From positions 903,979-967,978 of the forward strand of contig CAVRGP010000011.1 of the NCBI GenBank assembly GCA_963720755.1: 64,000 bases of DNA, read 5' to 3'. The DNA comes from an uncultured Chloroflexia bacterium (GTDB taxonomy: Bacteria > Chloroflexota > Limnocylindria > Limnocylindrales > CSP1-4). The stretch's first letter is position 1, and the number at the start of each line of letters is the position of its first letter. The position numbers were made by a program, and so were the translations under genes. The notes under the pieces are model-generated. The model was not told the DNA's origin, did not search any database, and saw only the letters and a list, made by a program, of their open reading frames with translations. Shown in pieces: positions 10,712 through 21,072 of this stretch.

Positions 10712-11727
10712 GCGTGGATCTGGCCACCTACTTCGACGCCGTCCCGCCGGGCCTCATCGAGCGGATCCGCGGGTCGCGGCGAGTCGTGGCGCTCAGCCAC
10801 GAGAACCCGGATGCCGACACCATCGGCGCGACGCTCGGGGTGGTCCGCCTCATCGAGTCGATGGGCGGGAAGGCGGACCCGGTGTCCACGGATCCGATCC
10901 CTGCCCTGTACGACTTCATCGACGGGGTCGAGCGTTTTCGGACGGATCCGGACCCCTCGGCGTCGTATGACCTGCTGGTGATCTCGGATTGCGGGTCGCT
11001 CCAGCGGACGGGGGCGGTCGCTGATCGCCACGCCGATCTGTTCGCACGGCTGCCCCTGGTCGTCATCGACCACCATGCGTCGAGCGAACCCGCCAGCGAC
11101 GCGGACTGGATCGACCCCGGATCGGCGGCCACCTGCGAGATGGTGACGATCCTGGCCGCCCGATTGGGCGTCGACCTCGCCGCGGGTGGCGGTTCGCTGG
11201 CGGCCGGCTTGATGGCCGGGATCGTGATGGACACGGCGACCTTCGCCCACCCGAATGCCACGCCCAGGACCCTGGTCGTGTCCGCCGCCCTGGTCGAGGC
11301 AGGCGCGCCGCTGTCCGATATCTCGAGACGGCTCTACCGGACCAAGCCGGACGCGCAACTACGCCTGTTCGGGGTCGTCCTCGATCGACTCCAGAGCACG
11401 GACGATGGACGGATCGTGTGGTCGACCCTGACCGACGTCGACTACGCCGCAACCGGTGCCGAGCGCGCGCACAGCGAGGGCATCATCGATCTTCTGTCGC
11501 AGGCGGAGCATGCCGAGGTCGTCATCCTGTTCAAGCAGGCTGACAAGGCGACCCGGGTCAGTGTCCGGACCAGACCGGGCGGTGTCGACGCGACGGTCCT
11601 GACCGGGATGTTCGGCGGCGGCGGGCACGCTCGGGCCGCCGGTGCGTCGCTCGACCTGCCGCTCGACGAAGCTCGTGTCCCGGTCCTTGCCGAGGCGAAC
11701 CGCCTCGTGGCCGCACTCGGGCGCTAG
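10708..11727 (+). CDS. nrnA: DHH/DHHA1 nanoRNase/pAp phosphatase
   Basis: SHENPDAD, IDHH, DTATF, GGGGHARAAG. Confidence 0.92.
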   Translation: MSVDLATYFDAVPPGLIERIRGSRRVVALSHENPDADTIGATLGVVRLIESMGGKADPVSTDPIPALYDFIDGVERFRTDPDPSASYDLLVISDCGSLQRTGAVADRHADLFARLPLVVIDHHASSEPASDADWIDPGSAATCEMVTILAARLGVDLAAGGGSLAAGLMAGIVMDTATFAHPNATPRTLVVSAALVEAGAPLSDISRRLYRTKPDAQLRLFGVVLDRLQSTDDGRIVWSTLTDVDYAATGAERAHSEGIIDLLSQAEHAEVVILFKQADKATRVSVRTRPGGVDATVLTGMFGGGGHARAAGASLDLPLDEARVPVLAEANRLVAALGR

Positions 11728-11728
11728 G

Positions 11729-12715
11729 GTGGCCCGTTCGTCGCTCGGACCCGGACTTGACGGGATCCTGGTCGTCGCCAAGCCCACCGGGCCGACATCT
11801 CACGACATGGTGGCGCTCGTTCGGCGGCTCGCCGCCACCAAGCGCGTCGGTCATGGTGGGACGCTTGACCCATTCGCCTCGGGCGTGCTGCCGATCTTCC
11901 TCGGGCATGGGACGCGGATCGTGGAGTACCACCTGGGCGACCAGAAGCGGTATCGAGCGACCGTTTGTTTCGGGGCGTCGTCGACCACGGACGACCTCGA
12001 GGGCGACCTCATGCCGGTCGATGGTTCGGAGCCGGCGCGCGAAGCCGTCGAGGCGGCGCTCCTGGCGTCGACCGGCACCATCCAGCAACGACCACCTGCC
12101 TACAGCGCGATCAAGGTCGGCGGTCGCCGCGCGTATGCCATGGCCCGTGCCGGTGAGACAGTCGTCCTGGCCGAGCGCACGGTCACCATCGACCGACTCG
12201 ATGTCGTGTCGTGGGACGTGACCGACCCCGCCCGGCCGATCGTCGTCATCGACGTGGTGTGCTCCGCCGGCACGTATGTCCGGGCCATCGCACGCGACCT
12301 TGGGGCTGCGGTGGGCAACGCTGCCTACCTGGGTGCGCTCACCAGGACGGCATCGGGTCCGTTCTCGCTGGACGACGCCGTGTCGCTCGATACGCTCCGG
12401 TCGGCGGCCGCCGAGTCGCCCGATGGCCTCATCCCGTTCCTGCTTCCGATCGATTCTGGGCTCGATGCGTTCCCCTCCATCGTCCTCTCGTCGGATGAGG
12501 TCGCCGCAATCGCCCGCGGGCAGTTCGTTCGGCCCGGCCACGGGGTCCCGGATCCCTCGGAACGCTACCGACTCCACGGACCGGATGGGACGCTCGTCGC
12601 CATCGCCGCCTGGACGAATGGCCGCCTGGCGCCGGACAAGGTCTTCGTGGCGCCGGCCGGGTCTGGGTCGTCGGGCGCCGCGGCGCAGCCGAACGCTCCG
12701 GCGGGCGGTTCGTGA
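11729..12715 (+). CDS. truB: tRNA pseudouridine(55) synthase
   Basis: KPTGPTSHD, GHGGTLDPFASGVL, PPAYSAIKVGG, CSAGTYVRAIARDLG. Confidence 0.96.
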   Translation: MARSSLGPGLDGILVVAKPTGPTSHDMVALVRRLAATKRVGHGGTLDPFASGVLPIFLGHGTRIVEYHLGDQKRYRATVCFGASSTTDDLEGDLMPVDGSEPAREAVEAALLASTGTIQQRPPAYSAIKVGGRRAYAMARAGETVVLAERTVTIDRLDVVSWDVTDPARPIVVIDVVCSAGTYVRAIARDLGAAVGNAAYLGALTRTASGPFSLDDAVSLDTLRSAAAESPDGLIPFLLPIDSGLDAFPSIVLSSDEVAAIARGQFVRPGHGVPDPSERYRLHGPDGTLVAIAAWTNGRLAPDKVFVAPAGSGSSGAAAQPNAPAGGS

Positions 12716-13467
12716 TGCAGGTCGTCCACGGGATCGACGAACTCCGGCCGGAACTCGGTCCGATCTTCGCCGTGGTCGGTGTCTTCGACGGGATGCATCG
12801 CGGCCACGCGTACCTGCTCGATCACCTGGTTGCCCAATCCCGGGCCCGCGATGCCCGATCCACGGTCATCACCTTCGACCATCACCCCGATGAAGTCCTG
12901 CGAGGGACGGCCCCGCCGCTCCTGCTCGATCCCGACGAACGCCTCGATCGACTCGAGGCTGCCGGGGTCGACGTGACCGTCGTCCAGGCATTCGATGACG
13001 CCCTCCGTCACACGCCGTACGACAGTTTCGTGGACCGGATCCGGGCGCGAGTGGAGTTGGCCGGGTTCCTCATGACCCCCGATGCCGCGTTCGGGTTCGA
13101 GCGAGGCGGGACGCCGGCGTCGCTGACGGCCCTCGGCCAGCGCGACGGGTTCGAAGTGGTCGTCATCCCGCCATTCGCCCTGGATGGCGAAGAGGTTCGC
13201 AGTTCGGCCATCCGTGCGGCCATCGCCCGCGGCGACCTGGCGTCCGCGGCTCGGCTACTGGGCCGGCCGATCACCATCACGGGTTCGGTCGGCGGTTCGA
13301 TCGATGGTCGGGCCCGGCTGGACCCCTCCCTTCCCGTCGCACTGCCACCGGACGGCGAGTACCGGGCTTCGATCGGCGGCCGCGGCGTGACCCTGTGGAT
13401 CGTCGACGGCGACGCGTATCTGCCCGTGGGAGAGTACCCGAGTCAGCGGGTCACGCTCGTACTCTGA
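12712..13467 (+). CDS. ribF: FAD synthetase (FMN adenylyltransferase) with degenerate riboflavin kinase domain
   Basis: GVFDGMHRGH, ITFDHHP, SSAIR; only 251 aa, no PTAN kinase motif. Confidence 0.85.
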   Translation: MMQVVHGIDELRPELGPIFAVVGVFDGMHRGHAYLLDHLVAQSRARDARSTVITFDHHPDEVLRGTAPPLLLDPDERLDRLEAAGVDVTVVQAFDDALRHTPYDSFVDRIRARVELAGFLMTPDAAFGFERGGTPASLTALGQRDGFEVVVIPPFALDGEEVRSSAIRAAIARGDLASAARLLGRPITITGSVGGSIDGRARLDPSLPVALPPDGEYRASIGGRGVTLWIVDGDAYLPVGEYPSQRVTLVL

Positions 13468-13475
13468 GAGCGGCC

Positions 13476-13697
13476 TCAGCCGCCGAGGATCTCAGGCGCG
13501 GCGTCAGGATCATCGCGGCCCTGTTCCGGCTGGTCGACCCGATCACCGGCCTCCCAGGCCGGCTCGCCGGTCTCGTGGTGTCGTCGTCGGCCGGCTTCGC
13601 GGCGATCGTGGCGAGACGCGTGCGCATCAGCGGACGGGCCGGGCGCAGCCTCGGGCGACTTCGAGAAGATCCCGGCGAGTCTTGACAGCAGCGACAT
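13476..13697 (-). CDS. Small hypothetical protein (73 aa)
   Basis: ATG overlaps the pduO stop (TGATG coupling); fills the gap to ribF. Confidence 0.5.
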   Translation of the reverse strand: MSLLSRLAGIFSKSPEAAPGPSADAHASRHDRREAGRRRHHETGEPAWEAGDRVDQPEQGRDDPDAAPEILGG

Positions 13698-14260
13698 CAG
13701 AGACCTGGCCTCCAGAGCGGTTCGCCGACGTTGCGTTCGTGGTTCTCGTACCGGGCCATGACGAACAAGGCATCGGACAGTCGATTGAGGTAGGGGAGGA
13801 CGCTCGGCCCGATCGTCTCGTCGCGAGCCAGCGCCGTCGCCTGGCGTTCGGCCCGGCGACAGATCGTCCGTGCGACATGGAGCTGCGCCGCGCCGGGAGC
13901 CCCGCCCGGCAGGAGGAAGTTGGCCAATGGGCCGACGACCGCATTGAGTTCATCGATGAGCCGTTCGAGCGCTTCGACGTGGCGCGGCTGGATCGTGGGT
14001 ACCGGATGGCGGGCCTGGCTGCTGGCCGGCGTGGCCAGGTCCGAGCCCAGATCGAACAGCTGGTTCTGGATCGCCTCCAACTCGGTCCGGAGTCGCTCGC
14101 ACACGCCGGTCGCCTGGGCGACCCCGATCTGCGAGTTGAGTTCGTCGACGGTCCCGTAGGTCTCGACCCGCGGCAAATCCTTGGCTACCCGCTGACCGCC
14201 ACCGAGGCCGGTCGTGCCGTCGTCGCCGGTCTTCGTGTAGATCTTGGTGAGGCGTGGCAT
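13697..14260 (-). CDS. pduO: PduO-type ATP:cob(I)alamin adenosyltransferase
   Basis: [40 protein letters not shown]. Confidence 0.94.
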   Translation of the reverse strand: MPRLTKIYTKTGDDGTTGLGGGQRVAKDLPRVETYGTVDELNSQIGVAQATGVCERLRTELEAIQNQLFDLGSDLATPASSQARHPVPTIQPRHVEALERLIDELNAVVGPLANFLLPGGAPGAAQLHVARTICRRAERQATALARDETIGPSVLPYLNRLSDALFVMARYENHERNVGEPLWRPGL

Positions 14261-14339
14261 GGGCCTATTGTCCCGCACGCAAGGCCCGCATGGCGCGCGA
14301 CCGTGCGACGTGACGGTCGCGGTGATGCCGGCACGCCAT

Positions 14340-14368
14340 TTGCCGCGTCGGAGTGAGCCTGCTACCAT
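14340..14368 (+). promoter_or_regulatory. sigma70 promoter of rpsO-pnp
   Basis: TTGCCG (14340-45), 17 bp spacer, extended -10 TGC-TACCAT (14360-68). Confidence 0.7.
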
Positions 14369-14421
14369 CCGTCGGTCATAGATGGAAGACATCACGTCAC
14401 ACGTCGTGTTCGGAGGAACGA

Positions 14422-14691
14422 GTGCCGCTCGCGCGGGAACAGAAGCAGGAGATCATCACCGGGTTCGCCACCAAGGAAGGTGACACCGGATCGCCGGAGG
14501 TCCAGGTCGCGCTCTTGACAGAGCGGATCAAGGAGCTGACCGGGCATCTCAAGAGCTTTCCCAAGGATAATCATTCGCGCCGCGGCCTCCTCAAGCTCGT
14601 CGGCCAGCGCCGCCGCCTTCTCGCTTACCTGATGAAGAAGGACAGCGCGCGCTACCGGGTCGTCATCGGACGACTCGGACTCCGCCGCTAG
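14422..14691 (+). CDS. rpsO: 30S ribosomal protein S15
   Basis: [37 protein letters not shown]; SD GGAGG then GTG. Confidence 0.98.
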   Translation: MPLAREQKQEIITGFATKEGDTGSPEVQVALLTERIKELTGHLKSFPKDNHSRRGLLKLVGQRRRLLAYLMKKDSARYRVVIGRLGLRR

Positions 14692-14777
14692 GCGCCACCG
14701 CATCCGGGCCCCGGCACAGACCGGGGTCCCCTCGCGTTCGGCGCTCAAGGCCCAGTCGGCCGACCTGCCGCAGGTCG
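14691..14777 (+). promoter_or_regulatory. rpsO-pnp intercistronic stem-loops
   Basis: GGGCCCCGG-CACAGA-CCGGGGTCCC core extendable to 14691-14745; second hairpin CGACCTG-CCG-CAGGTCG 14761-14777. Confidence 0.55.
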
Positions 14778-14813
14778 TCGCCCTCCTCCGCGACATAAGG
14801 AGGAACAGTTCCC

Positions 14814-17396
<2,583 letters not shown>

Positions 17397-17419
17397 GACC
17401 TCGTCTCCCGCGCACGACC

Positions 17420-17456
17420 GATGGAGCCGCCGGGTGACCGGCGGCTCCATCCTTCT
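17420..17456 (+). terminator. Intrinsic terminator after pnp
   Basis: 14-bp perfect stem GATGGAGCCGCCGG-GTGA-CCGGCGGCTCCATC then CTTCT. Confidence 0.8.
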
Positions 17457-17492
17457 GACGATCGGGCCGCTTCGGGACCGCCAGATAGCCGC

Positions 17493-17501
17493 TGGTATAC
17501 T
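17493..17501 (+). promoter_or_regulatory. Extended -10 promoter for the asd...yajQ gene run
   Basis: TGG-TATACT ~48 nt upstream of asd ATG. Confidence 0.6.
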
Positions 17502-17549
17502 CGGGCTCGTGCCCGACCCTGCGCCAGGACGAGCGAGGCCGCCCGCACC

Positions 17550-18638
17550 ATGAACCGCCAACCCCTTACCGTTGCCGTCGTCGGCGCGACCGGCGTCGTC
17601 GGACGGACGATGATCCGGGTCCTCAACGAGCGTGAATTCCCGCTCGATGAGCTGCGTCTGCTCGCCTCGGCGAATTCGGCCGGACGGACCCTGTCCATCG
17701 ATGGCCGAACGCTTGAGATCGGTGAGGCCACCCCCGAGTCGTTCGACGGTGTCGATCTCGCCCTGTTCTCGGCGGGAGGCGGCGTCTCGCTTGACCTCGC
17801 CCCCGCGGCCGTCGCACGAGGTGCGACCGTGATCGACAATTCCTCAGCGTGGCGGATGGATCCGTCCGTTCCGCTCGTCGTGTCGCAGGTCAACCCTGGC
17901 GACCTCGAAGGGCATGGAGGGATCGTCGCCAATCCGAACTGCTCGACGATGCAGATGGCTCCGATCCTGATGGCCATCCGGGATGCGGTCGGCCTGGAGC
18001 GCGTGGTCGTGGACACCTACCAGTCGGTTTCCGGCACCGGCGCCGACGCCCTTGCCGAACTCGAGGGCCAGGTTCGGGCGCACGTTGCAGGGGATGCGCC
18101 GGTGGCCGATGTCTACCCACACCCGATCGCCTTCAACGCGATCCCGGAGATCGATACGTTCCTGCCGAACGGGTACACGAAGGAGGAGTGGAAGGTCGTC
18201 AGCGAGAACCGCAAGATCCTGCATCTGCCGGACCTCCGGATCTCCTGTACCGCGGTCCGCGTCCCGGTCTTCGTCAGCCATTCGGAAGCCATCCACGTCG
18301 AGACCCGCGATCCGATCACCCCGGGCCAGGCTCGTGCCCTCTTTGCGCGGGTGGCCGGCGTCATCGTCGAAGACGATCCGTCTCAGCACCGGTACCCCCT
18401 CGCGACGGACGCCGCCGGCCGCGACGAGATCTTCGTCGGGCGCATCCGCCAGGACGCATCCATCGCCGGCGACCGCGGGCTGGCCCTGTGGGTCGTGTCG
18501 GACAACCTGCGCAAGGGCGCGGCGACGAACGCGGTGGAACTGGCCGAGATCCTGCTCGAGCGGGACTGGGTCAGGCCGTCCGGGGCCCGCGGGGCTGCAC
18601 CGTATCGGGCCGCGGCGACACTCGAGGTCACGGCGTGA
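17550..18638 (+). CDS. asd: Aspartate-semialdehyde dehydrogenase
   Basis: VVGATGVVG, IDNSSAWRM, ANPNCSTMQ, SDNLRKGAATNAV. Confidence 0.96.
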   Translation: MNRQPLTVAVVGATGVVGRTMIRVLNEREFPLDELRLLASANSAGRTLSIDGRTLEIGEATPESFDGVDLALFSAGGGVSLDLAPAAVARGATVIDNSSAWRMDPSVPLVVSQVNPGDLEGHGGIVANPNCSTMQMAPILMAIRDAVGLERVVVDTYQSVSGTGADALAELEGQVRAHVAGDAPVADVYPHPIAFNAIPEIDTFLPNGYTKEEWKVVSENRKILHLPDLRISCTAVRVPVFVSHSEAIHVETRDPITPGQARALFARVAGVIVEDDPSQHRYPLATDAAGRDEIFVGRIRQDASIAGDRGLALWVVSDNLRKGAATNAVELAEILLERDWVRPSGARGAAPYRAAATLEVTA

Positions 18639-19381
18639 CCGACGCCGAGCGCCGGGCGGCACTCGAGGACATCGCTGTGGAGGTCCGGGCCTGCACCGGG
18701 TGTCGGCTGCACGAGACGCGCACCAAGGCCGTTCCCGGAGAGGGTGATGCCGAGACAGAAGTCGTGTTCGTCGGCGAGGGTCCGGGGTTCAACGAGGATC
18801 GCCAAGGACGACCGTTCGTGGGCCGGGCGGGCGATCTGCTGGTCAAGTTGCTGGCCTCGATCGGCTGGCGGCGCGAGGATGTCTTCATCACCAACGTCGT
18901 CAAGTGCCGGCCGCCCGAGAATCGTGACCCGCAGCCCGACGAGATCGCAGCATGCGCGCCGTTCCTGCGTCGTCAGCTCGAGGTCCTCGATCCTGCCGTG
19001 GTGGTGACGCTCGGCCGGTTCTCCATGGCGACGTTCATGCCCGGTGTCCGGATCTCCCAGGCCCATGGGACGGTCCGGCCGGTCGATCCGACGACCGGGG
19101 CACGGTCAGCCGTGGCGTTCGCGATGTATCACCCCGCGGCCGCGCTTCGGACCCCGGCCATCGAGCGCGAGAGTTACGCCGACATCGCGGCCGTCCCCGC
19201 CACCTTGCTGGCGTCCCGCGAGCGCCGAGCGGCGGCCACGATCCCTGAGCCGGACGCGATCGCGGATCCGGGCCCAGCGCCCCTCGCGAAGAACGCCACC
19301 GACGATCTCCCGGCCGCCGCCGAACCGGCGGATGCAAGCGAGTCGAACGATGGTTCGACTCCCCAACTGACCCTCTTCTAG
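18635..19381 (+). CDS. udg: Family 4 uracil-DNA glycosylase with C-terminal QLTLF motif
   Basis: CTGCRL, GEGPGFNEDRQGRPFVG, NVVKCRPPENR, YHPAAALR; GTGA overlap with asd. Confidence 0.93.
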   Translation: MTDAERRAALEDIAVEVRACTGCRLHETRTKAVPGEGDAETEVVFVGEGPGFNEDRQGRPFVGRAGDLLVKLLASIGWRREDVFITNVVKCRPPENRDPQPDEIAACAPFLRRQLEVLDPAVVVTLGRFSMATFMPGVRISQAHGTVRPVDPTTGARSAVAFAMYHPAAALRTPAIERESYADIAAVPATLLASRERRAAATIPEPDAIADPGPAPLAKNATDDLPAAAEPADASESNDGSTPQLTLF

Positions 19382-19385
19382 CCGT

Positions 19386-21071
19386 ATGCCAAGGACCAAG
19401 ATGCCCATCACCGACGACCAGCCGCTCCGCATCATCCCGCTCGGCGGGGTGGGTGAGATCGGCAAGAACATGTACGTCTTCGAGTACCGCGACGAGATCG
19501 TCGTCATCGACTGCGGCCTGATGTTCCCCGACGAGGAGATGTTCGGGATCGACCTCGTGATCCCCGACATCACCTACCTCAAGGAGAATCGGGCAAAGGT
19601 CAAGGCGTTCCTCATCACCCACGCGCACGAGGACCACGTCGGCGCCTTGCCGTATGTCCTCCCCGAATTCCCGGGCGTGCCGGTCTACGCGTCCACCCTG
19701 GCCCGCGGCCTGCTCGGGAACAAGATCAAGGAACACAAACTCCACAACAACCCGCTCATCGCCCTCGAACCCGGCGACGAGGTCGACATCGGAGCGTTCC
19801 GCGTCATGCCGTTCCGGGTGGGGCACTCCATCCCGGACGCGATGGGGATCGCGCTGCGAACCCCGGTCGGGACGATCGTGCACACCGGCGACTTCAAGTT
19901 CGACCACACCCCGGTCGACGGCAAGCTGTCTGATTTCGCGATCCTCGCCCGACTCGGACAGGAAGGCGTCCTGTGCCTGCTGTCCGACTCCACCCGAGCC
20001 GAGAACCCGGGCTATACCCCATCTGAACGAACCGTCGGCGACGCATTCCGCGAGATCATGGAGCCGCTCGAGGGTCGGGTCATCGTGGCAACCTTCGCGA
20101 GCAACATCGCCCGGGTCCAGCAGGTCCTCGACGCCGCCGCGGATATGCATCGGAGTGTCTCGGTCATCGGCCGGTCGATGGAGCAGAACTTCCGGATCGC
20201 GACGGATCTCGGCTACCTCAAGTACGACCCGGCGCAGATCGTGCCGAAGGACAAGATCAGGGACCATCCGGACCCCCGGATCGTCATCGCCACGACCGGT
20301 GCCCAGGGCGAGCCGATGGCCGGTCTCGCCCGGATGGCCAACCGCGACCATCGGTTCGTCGAGATCCAGCCCGGGGATACGGTCATCGTCAGCGCCAGCC
20401 CGATTCCCGGCAATGAGGAGTCGGTCTCACGAACCATCGATAACCTGTTCAAGGCCGGCGCAAACGTCTACTACCACACGATCAAGCGTGCCCACGTCTC
20501 GGGGCACGCGAGCCAGGAGGAGCTCAAGCTCATGCTCGGCCTGACCAAGCCGAAGCACTTCATCCCGATGCACGGCGAGTTCCGGATGCAGGTCCAGCAT
20601 GGCCGCCTGGCGATCGAGACGGGCGTCGCGCCTGAGAACGTCTTCATCATCGAGAATGGCACGCCGATCGAGCTGTTCGCCGATGGCAGTGCCAGGCGGG
20701 CAAACCCGGTCACCGCCGGGTACGTCTACGTCGACGGCCTGTCGGTCGGGGAAGTCGGTGACATCGTGCTGCGTGACCGACGCGCCCTCGCCAACGACGG
20801 GATGTTCATGATCGTCGTGACCGTCGACAAGCAGACCGGTTCGGTCGTCGGGCGACCCGAGATCATCACCCGGGGCTTCGTCCATCTCAATGAACAGGAT
20901 CCGATCATGAAGGAGGCGCTCGAGCGCGTGATCGCGTCGATCCACACGCCGGGCGACCACATCAGCGAGATCGCCCTGCTCAAGACCCAGATCAAGGACG
21001 GCGTCTCGCGTTTCCTGTACGAACAGACGAAGCGTCGGCCGATGGTCTTCCCGGTCGTCGTCGAGGTCTGA
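19386..21071 (+). CDS. rnj: Ribonuclease J
   Basis: PLGGVGEIGKNM, THAHEDHVG, HTGDFK, HVSGHA, TKRRPMV. Confidence 0.97.
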   Translation: MPRTKMPITDDQPLRIIPLGGVGEIGKNMYVFEYRDEIVVIDCGLMFPDEEMFGIDLVIPDITYLKENRAKVKAFLITHAHEDHVGALPYVLPEFPGVPVYASTLARGLLGNKIKEHKLHNNPLIALEPGDEVDIGAFRVMPFRVGHSIPDAMGIALRTPVGTIVHTGDFKFDHTPVDGKLSDFAILARLGQEGVLCLLSDSTRAENPGYTPSERTVGDAFREIMEPLEGRVIVATFASNIARVQQVLDAAADMHRSVSVIGRSMEQNFRIATDLGYLKYDPAQIVPKDKIRDHPDPRIVIATTGAQGEPMAGLARMANRDHRFVEIQPGDTVIVSASPIPGNEESVSRTIDNLFKAGANVYYHTIKRAHVSGHASQEELKLMLGLTKPKHFIPMHGEFRMQVQHGRLAIETGVAPENVFIIENGTPIELFADGSARRANPVTAGYVYVDGLSVGEVGDIVLRDRRALANDGMFMIVVTVDKQTGSVVGRPEIITRGFVHLNEQDPIMKEALERVIASIHTPGDHISEIALLKTQIKDGVSRFLYEQTKRRPMVFPVVVEV

Positions 21072-21072
21072 C

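Noticed and set aside
17849-19381. 510-aa ORF suggesting an extended UDG
   Set aside because: The N-terminal half is an alternative frame inside asd; the real start is GTG 18635
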